From an uncultured Clostridia bacterium (lineage in GTDB: Bacteria; Bacillota; Clostridia; UBA1381), in NCBI GenBank assembly GCA_944390955.1, contig CALXRY010000176.1, forward strand, positions 22,131-86,130: 64,000 nt of DNA. Direction: 5' to 3'. The notes under the pieces were generated by a model that was not told where the DNA came from, ran no database searches, and worked only from the letters and a program-made list of their open reading frames with translations. Both the position numbers and the translations under genes were made by a program. Within the stretch, counting starts at the first letter, position 1. Each line of letters begins with the position of its first letter. This document shows, in pieces, positions 1-10,391 of this stretch.

Positions 1-1349
1 TAGCTTTCATTCATTTTCTGTTCAGCTTCGGCATAGTTCACATCCTGTCCGGATAATAATTGCATTACAACATCATACGGTGTCTGATCTATCTTCTCTG
101 CCTCAAGGCATAAAACATTATTTATAGGCATACTTCCGCTTTGAAATGCCTCGAATATCGGGTCTATATCCAAGTCCTTAACCGTCGGTATCTGGGCTGT
201 GCCGTCAACAAAAATTTTATACTGTTCCTTTGAGAACATAAACTGCAAAAAGTCGACAGCCGCTTCTTTCACTTTTTCGTCCGCCGCTGCTGTTTTTGTA
301 AGACCGATTGCCTGAACTCCGCCGATTACAGGATTACCGCTGTTGTACTCGCTGTCTTTATCCGTGAATGCCGGCAATGAAAACGCCCCTATACGCAAAC
401 CGTTCTCGTTTTCCATAAACGCATTAATGTCCCAGCTACCCGACATAATATGCGCTGCTTTTCCTGTAAGCATTTGAGATTTTGCCGCCGCCTCGTCAAA
501 TCCTGTGGCGTTTTGAGTATATTTTGAATACTTTTTTATTTCATCCCAAAACATTTCCTGAACCTTCTGATATCTTCCTGTTGTAAAATCAAGCTTACCG
601 TTTGCAATTGCCGCCGCTGCTTCCCGCAAGTCAATAGCGCAGTCGCCGTTTATATTTATATCACTGTCAGATAAGAAAGCGTCGCCAAGCATCGCTGTAT
701 TCAGATACCACATAAGCCAAACAACAGCGTCCTTTTTTTGCCCCATAAGCGCAATCGGGTTTATGCCGTCCTTTTCTATGACCTCACAGTTTGCCATAAA
801 CTCACCCCATGTCTCCGGAACTTTTAAATTAAGTCTGTCATATACATCCATATTATAGTAATATGCCACACCTAAATCGAATAAAGGCAGCGCCACATAC
901 CATGGCTGAGTGTAATCGGTAGCCTGCTCAAGCTTTCCGTCAACAAAGCAATCCTTCCATATTTTTTTGTCATAAGGATTTTCGCCCTCCAAAGCGTCTT
1001 TAAGGTCTACAATCAACCCTTGCTTGTATTGGTCTCCAATAGTAAGAGAATAATTGCTCTCAATGGTGGGAGCTTGATTTGAAGCAAATCTTGTTTTTAT
1101 CCATTCCTGATATCCGCTTACCGGCTGAGATATTAACTCAACCTCTACATCCGGACGTACTGATTTATAATTTTCCACAATCTGCGACAGTGCATCCTCC
1201 ATCTCTGTACCTGTACTCGGTTCCCAGAACGAAAAACTTATTTTTACCTTTTCCGAACCCTGTTCATTTTTTCCGTTACTCCCGCAGCCCGACAAAGCGA
1301 TTACCGCCATAGCCGCCGCCATTATTACTGCTGTTACCTTTTTAAACAT
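1..1349 (-). CDS. ABC transporter substrate-binding lipoprotein (carbohydrate/CUT1 type); 3' end reaches the window edge
   Basis: My own minus-strand translation from ATG 1349-1347 gives MFKKVTAVIMAAAMAVIALSGCGSNGKNEQ..., a signal peptide plus lipobox LSGC. AGGAGG lies about 6 nt upstream. The frame stays open to position 3. It is the last gene of the two-permease operon. It is absent from the ORF track because no stop lies inside the window. Confidence 0.75.
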   Translation of the reverse strand, partial: MFKKVTAVIMAAAMAVIALSGCGSNGKNEQGSEKVKISFSFWEPSTGTEMEDALSQIVENYKSVRPDVEVELISQPVSGYQEWIKTRFASNQAPTIESNYSLTIGDQYKQGLIVDLKDALEGENPYDKKIWKDCFVDGKLEQATDYTQPWYVALPLFDLGVAYYYNMDVYDRLNLKVPETWGEFMANCEVIEKDGINPIALMGQKKDAVVWLMWYLNTAMLGDAFLSDSDININGDCAIDLREAAAAIANGKLDFTTGRYQKVQEMFWDEIKKYSKYTQNATGFDEAAAKSQMLTGKAAHIMSGSWDINAFMENENGLRIGAFSLPAFTDKDSEYNSGNPVIGGVQAIGLTKTAAADEKVKEAAVDFLQFMFSKEQYKIFVDGTAQIPTVKDLDIDPIFEAFQSGSMPINNVLCLEAEKIDQTPYDVVMQLLSGQDVNYAEAEQKMNES

Positions 1350-1374
1350 TTTTTATCCTCCTCTTTTTTATTGT

Positions 1375-2208
1375 TTATTCTTTTACCGCACCCACTGTTA
1401 CTCCGCCTATGTATATTTTCATAGTACATACAATCAAAGCAATCAATGGAATACTTACAATACAATACGCTGCCATTTGCAAGCCGTAATCCACGCCGTA
1501 TTGTCCGGCAAGCTGATTAAGTCCTACCGGAATCGTACGCATTTTATCGGAACTGAGCACAATAAACGGCCACATAAACTCGTTAAATTTCGAGAAAAAT
1601 GTTTGAAGAAATATAGTTCCCATTATAGGCAAAGATAACGGCATAACCATTCTCAAAACTATAACGAGTTCTTTTGCGCCGTCAATCCTCGCCGCTTCAA
1701 AGACGGAATCCGGAATACCTTCGAAAAACGAACGCGACAGCACCGTTGCAACAATAGATCCGCCCGCGATACCCGGCAGTATTACACCCCAATAAGTATC
1801 ATTGAGATGCAGGGACAATATATTAAGATACATCGGTATGAGAAGCAATCCCACAGGAATCATCTGAAACATCAATACAATCGTAAATAACAATTCCTTT
1901 GCCGGAAGCTCAAGTTTTGCAAATGCATATCCCGCAAACACAGATATCATTATAACTCCTACGCATATTGAAGGCGTTATAATAAACGAATTTAAAACGT
2001 ATTTTCTTATTACGCTCCATGCCTTTGAATAGTTTTCCCAATGCGGCATTGTTGGAATTCCCCAAAAATTTGTTACTATTTGGTTTTGGTCTTTTAGGGA
2101 AGTTACAATCATTATGTATATCGGCGCAATGGTAAGCACAACAAATATCAAAAGAATAATTTCCGGTATATGCGTACTTTTTACTCTTTTCAGTTTTTTA
2201 TTTTTCAT
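1375..2208 (-). CDS. ABC sugar transporter permease (MalG-like)
   Basis: Track ORF 1375..2229. Multi-TM protein with the EAA-loop motif FEAARIDGAKE. Start trimmed to ATG 2208 (MKNKKLKR), which follows GGAGGA. It overlaps the upstream gene's stop by 11 nt. Confidence 0.85.
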   Translation of the reverse strand: MKNKKLKRVKSTHIPEIILLIFVVLTIAPIYIMIVTSLKDQNQIVTNFWGIPTMPHWENYSKAWSVIRKYVLNSFIITPSICVGVIMISVFAGYAFAKLELPAKELLFTIVLMFQMIPVGLLLIPMYLNILSLHLNDTYWGVILPGIAGGSIVATVLSRSFFEGIPDSVFEAARIDGAKELVIVLRMVMPLSLPIMGTIFLQTFFSKFNEFMWPFIVLSSDKMRTIPVGLNQLAGQYGVDYGLQMAAYCIVSIPLIALIVCTMKIYIGGVTVGAVKE

Positions 2209-4534
2209 TATCTTCTTTCCTCCAATCACATATTTTTTTTATTTTTCTTCCCGCATCGCAATCGCTGTAAACATAACCGTTATCCGCAAAGCAATACCCG
2301 CCTTCAAGCTCTATTTCACATCTTACACTGTCCGGACAATGCACTTTAAGCTCTATCTCATTTCCTGTTCTGTGCCATTCGACACTGACGTCTCCATCAG
2401 GCAGAGTATAATGCGCCTTTGCAAAGTCCAATTTTTCAATAAATATCGGTTTTATCAAAACGCTTTTTGAATTTTGCACATTTATTCCCCCGGGATACCT
2501 CATAAACCAGTGTATAACGTCTCCCAAAAAATGGTGGTTATATGATATGTTTGTGTTTGTAAGAGTAAATTGTTCAGGAAGCGTTGTCGCTCCCTGCTTT
2601 ACATAATAGCCATAGGATGGGAATTCGTCACTTGTTATCATTTTGTATGCTGCTTCAGCTTCACCAAAACGAGCCAGCACGTGAAATATTACTCTCGTCC
2701 CCAAGAAACCGCAGGTGAGCTTATAACCATCTCTTTTTAATATTTTCATGAGCTGTCCGAACGCAGCCTGCTTTTCCGCCGCTGTGAAAATATTAAAATA
2801 TATTCCCATTGCCTGCGCTGTCTGACACCCGCTTTTAATCGTCATGGTATCGCTGTTTAAATATTTTTTCCTTATTGCCGTGTACATCTCATCGCCAAGA
2901 TTTTTGGCAAAATCCGCATTGTGGCTGAGATTGACTGCACGGAACATTTCTTCGCTTTTACGGCATATATCCAATGTAACAACACTGTCTGTAAAGCCGA
3001 GCGGGACGATATAATCGTCTGCTTCTCTTCCCACAGGTATATGGTCTCCAAGACCTATTGCAATAATCCCCTCTGAATCTCTTTCGCGGCATATATATTC
3101 CAAATAGGACATCATAGCGTGAGCATTCTCTTTGATGACCTCTGTATTTCCTCTATATTTATAAAGCATATAAGGAATATTAAACAACACGTTGTCCCAT
3201 GCAGGACCGTTTCCCCATTCATATCCCCATGTGTCCGTAGGAACGATTCCCGGAATACTTCCGTCCGGATGCTGTGCAAGCCTGATATTGTTCAGCCACT
3301 CACTCCAACTCTTTTCGGCATTCATTGTCATAATCATATGCTCTGCCGATACTGACGCATCGCCTGTCCACCCGTTTTTTTCTCTTTGAGGGCAATCAGT
3401 AGGAAAATAATAAAAATTTGCTCTGTCACTGCGTTTTGCAATCTCAAAAATCTTATTTGCCATATTATCAGAGCATTCAAAACCGCCTGTTTCCTCTAAA
3501 TCTGAACTCATGACAAGATATGTCAGCAATTCTTCTGTCGCCTGTTCCTCCGTTATTCCCGAAATATAAATATAGCGAAAACCGTGATATGTAAACATCG
3601 GCTCGAATACTTCCTCTCCTTCACCGTGGCATATATAAATATCACGCTGAACATATCCGTCAGGGAAGAAATTAATATTTCCGTAATACGGTCTTTCGTT
3701 ATTAAGACATTCGCTGCACTGTATATCTATCTTCTGACCTGCCTTACCTTTTATTTTCAATCTGAATATACCGGCGTTATTTTCTCCGAAATCATATATG
3801 TATCCGCCTGTTTTTTCAGGCGGAGCCGCCTGTGTTGTTTTTCCGTCAAGCCATCTGCATACATCTTCACGCGGAGTATACTCTGCAAGCTCTCCTTTAT
3901 AAATTCGTACAGGTTTTATTTCCTTTATAATCTTTATCGGTTCCGCTTCGCATACTTTCGCCATGCCCCTCGGACGTTCTGCCAATATTGGTTTATGCCA
4001 TGCGTCGTTCTCAATAAAGCCCGCTTCGTTCCAGCCTTTTTCTTCAAGTCTACTGTCATAAAACACTCCCGAACGCAAATCGTTAAATGTGACAGCTCCT
4101 TGCCTGCATTTAAAATCCTCTGCGTCGTAGACTCTTGTTTTTTCGTCGTCTTCAATTTCCATATGAAATGCCAGCTTCGGCGAGGAATTAAACACATTCT
4201 TATCAAAATCCCATACACAGGTTTTACTGTTTCCAAAACCATCCCCGAGCATTACACCGATTACATTTTCACCTTCCCTTAAATACGGCTTTATATTATG
4301 TAAATCGTAATAGACAATATGATCGGGATTAGATATGTACGGAGCAAGATAACCCTTTGTTATTTTTTTACCGTTTACAAACAAATCATAAAATCCGATA
4401 CCGCAAATATTGAGCTCCGCACGCATTACATCTTTATGTGCGGTAAAGCTCAATCGGAATATAGGCGCCGCTACGTGTTTAAAATATGTAGAATATTCCC
4501 TGCTCTCGCATACAAATTTATCAGATAACTTCAT
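2198..4534 (-). CDS. GH78-like alpha-L-rhamnosidase family glycoside hydrolase
   Basis: Track ORF 2198..4612. N-terminal FYDLFVNGKKI...VIGVMLGDGF resembles the rhamnosidase N domain, and FPTDCPQREKNGWTGDA resembles the GH78 catalytic-domain signature. Start trimmed to ATG 4534 (MKLSDKF), which overlaps the upstream permease stop as TAATG. Confidence 0.65.
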   Translation of the reverse strand: MKLSDKFVCESREYSTYFKHVAAPIFRLSFTAHKDVMRAELNICGIGFYDLFVNGKKITKGYLAPYISNPDHIVYYDLHNIKPYLREGENVIGVMLGDGFGNSKTCVWDFDKNVFNSSPKLAFHMEIEDDEKTRVYDAEDFKCRQGAVTFNDLRSGVFYDSRLEEKGWNEAGFIENDAWHKPILAERPRGMAKVCEAEPIKIIKEIKPVRIYKGELAEYTPREDVCRWLDGKTTQAAPPEKTGGYIYDFGENNAGIFRLKIKGKAGQKIDIQCSECLNNERPYYGNINFFPDGYVQRDIYICHGEGEEVFEPMFTYHGFRYIYISGITEEQATEELLTYLVMSSDLEETGGFECSDNMANKIFEIAKRSDRANFYYFPTDCPQREKNGWTGDASVSAEHMIMTMNAEKSWSEWLNNIRLAQHPDGSIPGIVPTDTWGYEWGNGPAWDNVLFNIPYMLYKYRGNTEVIKENAHAMMSYLEYICRERDSEGIIAIGLGDHIPVGREADDYIVPLGFTDSVVTLDICRKSEEMFRAVNLSHNADFAKNLGDEMYTAIRKKYLNSDTMTIKSGCQTAQAMGIYFNIFTAAEKQAAFGQLMKILKRDGYKLTCGFLGTRVIFHVLARFGEAEAAYKMITSDEFPSYGYYVKQGATTLPEQFTLTNTNISYNHHFLGDVIHWFMRYPGGINVQNSKSVLIKPIFIEKLDFAKAHYTLPDGDVSVEWHRTGNEIELKVHCPDSVRCEIELEGGYCFADNGYVYSDCDAGRKIKKICDWRKEDNEK

Positions 4535-5421
4535 TAGTCTTCCTTCTTTCTTTTCATTACAATGAGGCTTATTATCAGCGTAATAATAAACAACACCACA
4601 GCTATTGCACAAGCATATCCATATTGACTGTTTCCTGATGAAAATGCCATCTTATACATATGCAGTCCGGGAACAAGCGAGGCGTTATTGGGACCGCCAT
4701 TAGTTAAAAGCAAAAATCTTTCATATTCCTGTATCTGACCTATGACGCCAAGCGTCAGAAGAGTTTTAATCTGAGGTGATATAAGCGGAAGTTCTACTTT
4801 AAAAAAGGTTTTTAAAGCTCCTGCACCGTCAATCTGTGCGCTTTCAATAACCCCTATATCTACACTCTGTAATGCAGAAGTGACTATAATGTAATTAAAT
4901 CCGGAAATCCATGGAAAACCTATAAGCACTATAGCCCATAGCACATACTTTTCTGTGCCTAAAACATTGGGGAAAGTTGCACCAAACCATCTAAAAATGT
5001 GTGCAAACGCACCTATTTCTGGATAGTACAAAAATTTCCACATCATAACCACAACAATACTTGGCAATGCCATCGGCAGAAAAAATAAAACTCTAAATAG
5101 ATATTGTTTTTTCTTATTCTTAACCATAAGCGTCAATTTGGCTGCCATCACCGAAAAACCGAAACAAAAGACCATCGCACATAATAAAAACACCATATTC
5201 TTTAATGCTATGGGAAATTTGCTGTCCTTTGTAAATAAGTCAATGTAATTTTGAAAACCTATAAATTCATTAACGGAAACCGCATCGTATCTGTAAAATG
5301 ATTTTACAATACCCGTAATAAACGGCATAAGCATAAATGCCACCATAAAGGCAAACAATGGGAGTATGTACAATAAATTATAATATTTTCTATTGTTTTT
5401 TTTAAGTTTTTGAATTTTCAT
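4534..5421 (-). CDS. ABC sugar transporter permease (MalF-like)
   Basis: 295-aa multi-TM ORF with EAA loop ESAQIDGAGALKTFFKVELP. First gene of the transporter operon. Confidence 0.85.
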   Translation of the reverse strand: MKIQKLKKNNRKYYNLLYILPLFAFMVAFMLMPFITGIVKSFYRYDAVSVNEFIGFQNYIDLFTKDSKFPIALKNMVFLLCAMVFCFGFSVMAAKLTLMVKNKKKQYLFRVLFFLPMALPSIVVVMMWKFLYYPEIGAFAHIFRWFGATFPNVLGTEKYVLWAIVLIGFPWISGFNYIIVTSALQSVDIGVIESAQIDGAGALKTFFKVELPLISPQIKTLLTLGVIGQIQEYERFLLLTNGGPNNASLVPGLHMYKMAFSSGNSQYGYACAIAVVLFIITLIISLIVMKRKKED

Positions 5422-5558
5422 ATAATTTCTCCTTCCAGCATCATAAATCCGTTAAATATCATGTCTTTTATGGTTTTTTTACAAATTCCCGCAAATAGCT
5501 TGATATTATTTGTACATTTTAATTATAACATTGATTTTTTCGTTTTAATATAGATATT

Positions 5559-5572
5559 TTCGTCATAAATCT
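5559..5572. promoter_or_regulatory. Candidate operator TTCGTCATAAATCT upstream of the ABC operon (shared with 10219..10232)
   Basis: 12 of 14 positions match TTCGTCTAAAATCT at 10219..10232. A second TTTCGT copy lies about 20 bp away (CGT at 5541 and 5561). Confidence 0.3.
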
Positions 5573-5608
5573 TTGATTTTTCTCAAAGTTGTTCACATTA
5601 CTTTGTAG

Positions 5609-6262
5609 TTATTTTCCAAACATTTCAATCACTTTATACAGACTATCAACAGATGATACAGAAATATCAGCCTTGCCGTTATGCTCCGCTTCACCCAGTG
5701 CAACTGCGTACATTCCACCTGCCTTTGCCGCTTCAATCCCTGCATCGGAATCCTCTATTACGACACATTTTGACGGTGCTATGCCGAGCTTATCCGCTGC
5801 AATCAAAAACACTTCGGGATTGGGCTTTGATTTTTGTGTGTCAAGTCCGCAGCTTACTGCATCAAAATATTTCCGGAGCCCCGTTTTTTCCAATATCATA
5901 GGAGTATTACTGCTTGCCGAACCAACAGCAAGCTTTATCCCTTTCTGCTTCAAATATGTAATAAAGTCAAATACCCCATCAAGTACCGCTGATTTGTCAA
6001 GGCTTTCAAGTGATTTAACATACATAGCGTTTTTCCTTTCCGCAAGTGCAAGCTTTTCTTCCTCATTGAATTTTTTATCCGTTTTTTCAAGAACTACTTC
6101 AAGCGACGCCATACGGCTTACTCCGCGCTGACGCACATTATCTGCTCTTGTAAATCCTGTTATATTAAGCTCTTCGGCTAACCTTTTCCAAGCCGCAAAA
6201 TGCAGTTCGTCTGTCGTTACAAGAACCCCATCAAGGTCAAATATTACTGCTTTTATCATCAT
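5609..6262 (-). CDS. pgmB: beta-phosphoglucomutase (HAD superfamily)
   Basis: Motifs FDLDGVLVTTDELHFAAWKRLA ... RGVSRMASLE ... VGSASSN ... KPNPEVF ... IEDSDAGIEAAKAGGM. Overlaps the GH65 gene stop by 4 nt. Confidence 0.85.
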   Translation of the reverse strand: MMIKAVIFDLDGVLVTTDELHFAAWKRLAEELNITGFTRADNVRQRGVSRMASLEVVLEKTDKKFNEEEKLALAERKNAMYVKSLESLDKSAVLDGVFDFITYLKQKGIKLAVGSASSNTPMILEKTGLRKYFDAVSCGLDTQKSKPNPEVFLIAADKLGIAPSKCVVIEDSDAGIEAAKAGGMYAVALGEAEHNGKADISVSSVDSLYKVIEMFGK

Positions 6263-8502
6263 TTATTCCTCAATCCTGTTATATTGTTTCTATTTAAAAT
6301 AATCGTCTGCTGTTCACCGCTTAATCTTTCCATATCCGCTTCATCTGCGCTGACTGTCAGTCTGTATTTGCTTCCGCGATAAATTATTGGCAAAGAATAG
6401 CTGTTTATTCCGTCCGGTAATACCGGTTCTACTGTAAGCGCATCATTTTCCGCTTTTACTCCGCCAAATCCCATTACAACTGCAAGCCATATTCCGCCTA
6501 TAGACGCTGAATGAATACCACTGTCCGAATTATCGGTATTATCGCCCAAGTCCACCTCACAGCATTTATGAAACAGCTTAAATGCAGTATCTAACATATT
6601 AAGACGGCTTGCCATAAGCGAATGTATGCATAGGCTGAGCGAGGAATCATGAAGCGTGCAATTTTCATAATACTCAAAATTACGCTTTACCGTTTCATTG
6701 TCAAATTGATTGCGCAGCGTATAAAACAGCATTACAAGGTCTGCTTGTTTGCAAACACGCATTTTATTTATTTCCTCAAATGAGTAATCGTCAAAAATCA
6801 TACCGACCTTTTCCTTATTTTTATACAGGCTGTAATCAACATCCTTTAAGTCCCTGAACCCGTCAAACTGCGGAATAATGCCGTTCTCGTCAGGCTCGGG
6901 CAGATACATTTTATCCATAACCTGCGGCAGACATATCTCTAAGCCGTTTATATCAATTTTCTTCTCAAACTCTTTTCTGTATTCATCAGAAATATTTTGT
7001 ATAATCTCCTGCGCGAGACAAAAATTAAAATATGCCATATAGTTTGTATAAGCATTATTGTCTATTCCGTCCTTATATTCATCGGGACCTATTACGTCAA
7101 GAATTTCATAGCGTCCGTTTCTTTCTTCAACCCTTGACAGCCAAAATTCAGCTATGGACAAAATCATTTCACAGCCGTATTTCTCCATAAAATCCTTATC
7201 GCCCGTTGCTATATAATAATGCCACACCGCATACGCGATATCCGCATTTATATGTACTTCCTTTTCGCTCGCATGAATTTCTATACTCTTACCCGTTTCC
7301 AAATCCATTCCTCCCGATAACGGGCATGTTTCGCCGTCGTCACTCCATGCAGCTTCCCATGGATACATAGCGCCGTTAAAACCGTATTTTTTTGCTTTCT
7401 CCCTGCTTTTTTCAAGCAGGCTGTATCTGTATTCCAGTAGTTTTCTTGCCGTCTGAGGTTCAGTATAAATATAATAGGGCAGTATAAATATTTCCGTATC
7501 CCAAAAAGAATGTCCTTTGTAGCCTTCGCCGCTCAAAGCTTTAGCCCCTATACCAAGACGATTATCCTCGCAGTTTGCCATGATATGCAGATGATACAGC
7601 GCAAAATTCACCGCTTTTTGATAAAATTTATTGTCGCTTGCTATTGTAATTGTGTTTGTTTCCCAAAAGTTATTCCACGCTTCAGCGCTTAATTTCAAAA
7701 GTCCGTCATAACCAAGCTGCACAGCATCGTACAGATATTTTTTACATTTTTCTTCTACACTGTCATTTTCCGAAAATCCTAAATCTCTTGACGTTGCATA
7801 TGCCGATATTTTTTCAAATACGACCGGTTCTCCTTTATTCACGCTTAGCTGCATACAGGAAAACACGCCGCGTCTGTCCGTCTTTACGGAATATTTATTA
7901 TCCTCACTGCTTTTTAATACAGACTGCACTCCCACGTCAACCTGCGACTGCAAGGTTTTTGCGTAAAGACCTATTCTTCTGTCAGAATACGAGCGAAGCT
8001 CCGCCGGTCCGAAGTGCTGCGCTCCGCTGTTGGTCATTTTACCGTCTATGCCTGTCACAACACGAATTTGAGCGTCACTATCACATATTATCTGCACTCG
8101 CTCTGCGACTATATGCCTGTGAGTTTGTGAAGCAAGCCGTGAAAACACATACGTCACTTTTATACCGTTTTCTCCTGTTCTTGTAACCCTTCTGACACTC
8201 TCGCCGTTTTTCATATTCAAACTGCGTTCATATTTATTTACTGTCCCCGTCAGCATATCGAACCTCTCACTATTTATATACAGTTCAAAATTCGTAACAT
8301 CAGGCAGCGCTGCAAGTTCTGTCACCTCTTCATGAGGAGCGTCAAACACGCCGTTTATAAATGTGTTCCTGTGAGTATGCACATATTCTTCTTCAAGCGA
8401 ATTCCTCACGCCCATATAGCCGTTTCCCTGACAGGCTATTGATTCAAATTTTTGCAGTTTATCGGTATTAAATTTATTTTCTGAAATTTTATATGTTTCC
8501 AT
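6259..8502 (-). CDS. GH65 family disaccharide phosphorylase (maltose/kojibiose/nigerose/trehalose phosphorylase type)
   Basis: 747 aa. Contains the GH65-type motif GEGYKGHSFWDTEIFILPY and is translationally linked to beta-PGM. Substrate cannot be assigned from sequence alone. Confidence 0.85.
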   Translation of the reverse strand: METYKISENKFNTDKLQKFESIACQGNGYMGVRNSLEEEYVHTHRNTFINGVFDAPHEEVTELAALPDVTNFELYINSERFDMLTGTVNKYERSLNMKNGESVRRVTRTGENGIKVTYVFSRLASQTHRHIVAERVQIICDSDAQIRVVTGIDGKMTNSGAQHFGPAELRSYSDRRIGLYAKTLQSQVDVGVQSVLKSSEDNKYSVKTDRRGVFSCMQLSVNKGEPVVFEKISAYATSRDLGFSENDSVEEKCKKYLYDAVQLGYDGLLKLSAEAWNNFWETNTITIASDNKFYQKAVNFALYHLHIMANCEDNRLGIGAKALSGEGYKGHSFWDTEIFILPYYIYTEPQTARKLLEYRYSLLEKSREKAKKYGFNGAMYPWEAAWSDDGETCPLSGGMDLETGKSIEIHASEKEVHINADIAYAVWHYYIATGDKDFMEKYGCEMILSIAEFWLSRVEERNGRYEILDVIGPDEYKDGIDNNAYTNYMAYFNFCLAQEIIQNISDEYRKEFEKKIDINGLEICLPQVMDKMYLPEPDENGIIPQFDGFRDLKDVDYSLYKNKEKVGMIFDDYSFEEINKMRVCKQADLVMLFYTLRNQFDNETVKRNFEYYENCTLHDSSLSLCIHSLMASRLNMLDTAFKLFHKCCEVDLGDNTDNSDSGIHSASIGGIWLAVVMGFGGVKAENDALTVEPVLPDGINSYSLPIIYRGSKYRLTVSADEADMERLSGEQQTIILNRNNITGLRNK

Positions 8503-8557
8503 ATGAAATACTCCGTTTCTGTATATAGCAATGTAATATAAATACTTGGTTTACCTG

Positions 8558-10126
8558 TTATTTTAGTTTTAATATTGCGTAACTCGTTGGTTCCATTACA
8601 ATTTTTTCTTTAGAAATTGTAACATCTCCTCTTTGCATAATTACATCTGCGCATAATGTAATTTCAAATTGCTGACATTTACCGGACGGATTTATGCATA
8701 TTAAATATTCTTCGTTACCACCCATTCTTTTATATACAAGCGGATATCCACGATTTTCTCTGTTTAAAAATTCAACATCACCGTCTGCCGACAAAGCTTC
8801 TGAGCTTTGTCTTAGCTTTATTAAACTTCTCATTATATTTAGCAATGAATTTTCATCCTCTATTTGTGCTTTTACATTGATTTGTTTGTAGTTTTCATCG
8901 CACGGCAGATATAATTTATCGCTGTTTGCATGTGAAAAACCGGCGTTTTGGCTGCTATCCCACTGCATTGGTGTTCTTGAACCTGTTCTTGTATATCCAC
9001 CCTCTTTTGACTGTAAATCTTTTATATACCTCATTCCTATTTCATCACCATAATACACAAAAGGCACTCCGGGCATAGTTAGTAAAAACACATATACCAA
9101 TTCTAAATCACGCTTATCACGCATATAGCTTACACGAGGTAAATCATGATTGCCCGTAGGCATGGAAATATATCCGCGCCCTTTGGTATGATTATACAAA
9201 TCAATATAGTCGTTCAAAGAGTCGTTTATATCACCCTTTCCGTCTTTTGAAAAAAAGCTGTCGCCGCAATAAGTATCTATTACATTTCTGCCCTCTTCAG
9301 CTCTGAATAATTTTGTATATATCGGATAATTTGTATGAAGAAGGAAATCTACATGAAATCCCGCATCTATTGACACGGCAGGGTCTGACCATTCCGAAAT
9401 CAGCACACAATCAGGATATTTTGTGTCAAACATTTGTCTTATTTCTGCCCAAAATACTTTTATACCGCTCTTGTCAGGGTCATTTTTTATAAGCGAATCT
9501 GCCAAGTCAACTCTAAATCCGTCACATCCCTGCTTTATCCAAAATTCCATTATATTTACAAGTTCTTGTTTTGTTTTTCTGCAATCCGGATGGTTCATAG
9601 GAAGCTGCCACGGCTCTTCGACATTGGCATAACCATAATTAAGCGCAGGCTGACAATAGAAAAAGTTTTTCATATAACAGCCGTTGCGTTCTCCGTAGCC
9701 CGCTATAAAATTTTCAGGGCACACAAGCCAGTCGTTTGTCCAGATATACCGATTTGCATATTCACCCTCTTTTGATTTTTGCGACTGCTTAAACCATTCA
9801 CATTCCATTGAGGTATGCCCCGCTACCAAATCCACACAGACTTTTATACCAAGTTCGTGTGCTTTTTTGCATAATTTTTGAAAATCCTCTATTGTTCCGT
9901 AGCGTTTTGCTACTTTATAGAAGTCTGTGACATCATACCCTGCGTCATTAAACGGCGATTCGTAAAACGGGTTTATCCATATTGCATTAAAACCCATATA
10001 GTTTACATAGTCAAGCTTCTCGCAAATTCCTTTTAAATCCCCTATACCGTCATTGTTGCTGTCATAAAAAGACTGCGGATAAATATTATAAAATACCGTA
10101 TTTTTTAACCATTCCTTAACTTTCAT
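8558..10126 (-). CDS. GH13 alpha-glucosidase / oligo-1,6-glucosidase-like enzyme
   Basis: N-terminal FYNIYPQSFYDSNNDGIGDLKGI, then DLVAGHTS, GFRVDLADSL, ISEW and GNHDLPR, which are the GH13 conserved regions. Confidence 0.85.
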   Translation of the reverse strand: MKVKEWLKNTVFYNIYPQSFYDSNNDGIGDLKGICEKLDYVNYMGFNAIWINPFYESPFNDAGYDVTDFYKVAKRYGTIEDFQKLCKKAHELGIKVCVDLVAGHTSMECEWFKQSQKSKEGEYANRYIWTNDWLVCPENFIAGYGERNGCYMKNFFYCQPALNYGYANVEEPWQLPMNHPDCRKTKQELVNIMEFWIKQGCDGFRVDLADSLIKNDPDKSGIKVFWAEIRQMFDTKYPDCVLISEWSDPAVSIDAGFHVDFLLHTNYPIYTKLFRAEEGRNVIDTYCGDSFFSKDGKGDINDSLNDYIDLYNHTKGRGYISMPTGNHDLPRVSYMRDKRDLELVYVFLLTMPGVPFVYYGDEIGMRYIKDLQSKEGGYTRTGSRTPMQWDSSQNAGFSHANSDKLYLPCDENYKQINVKAQIEDENSLLNIMRSLIKLRQSSEALSADGDVEFLNRENRGYPLVYKRMGGNEEYLICINPSGKCQQFEITLCADVIMQRGDVTISKEKIVMEPTSYAILKLK

Positions 10127-10218
10127 TTTCCTTTCATATCCTTTCTTTAATCTGTAAAATAATTATCATAATTACAATTTAATTATATCAAAAAAAAAAT
10201 ATCACAAACATGTATTTA

Positions 10219-10232
10219 TTCGTCTAAAATCT
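10219..10232. promoter_or_regulatory. Candidate operator TTCGTCTAAAATCT upstream of the GH13-GH65-pgmB operon
   Basis: Partner of 5559..5572. A second TTTCGTC lies 21 bp downstream (CGT at 10221 and 10242). Confidence 0.3.
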
Positions 10233-10347
10233 GTATTGTTTCGTCTTTTTAGTTTTATAGAATCAAACTTCAAATATATAAAACTTATATAATAGGAAAA
10301 TTAATAATTAAATTTGGTAATAACACATCAAATCTAAACATATAAAA

Positions 10348-10370
10348 AGCGGAACCCAAAGGGTTCCGCT
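10348..10370 (-). terminator. Rho-independent terminator after the AraC-family gene
   Basis: Hairpin AGCGGAACCC-AAA-GGGTTCCGCT flanked by A/T runs. Confidence 0.6.
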
Positions 10371-10391
10371 AAAAGAATACTTCATCGACTA

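Noticed and set aside
2198-4612. Long N-terminal extensions of several track ORFs (also 20938, 31380, 38047, 42099, 50192, 51547, 54447, 55264)
   Set aside because: In each case the extension overlaps the upstream gene or a structured element. An internal ATG preceded by a GGAGG-like site also begins the conserved part of the protein, so the starts were trimmed.
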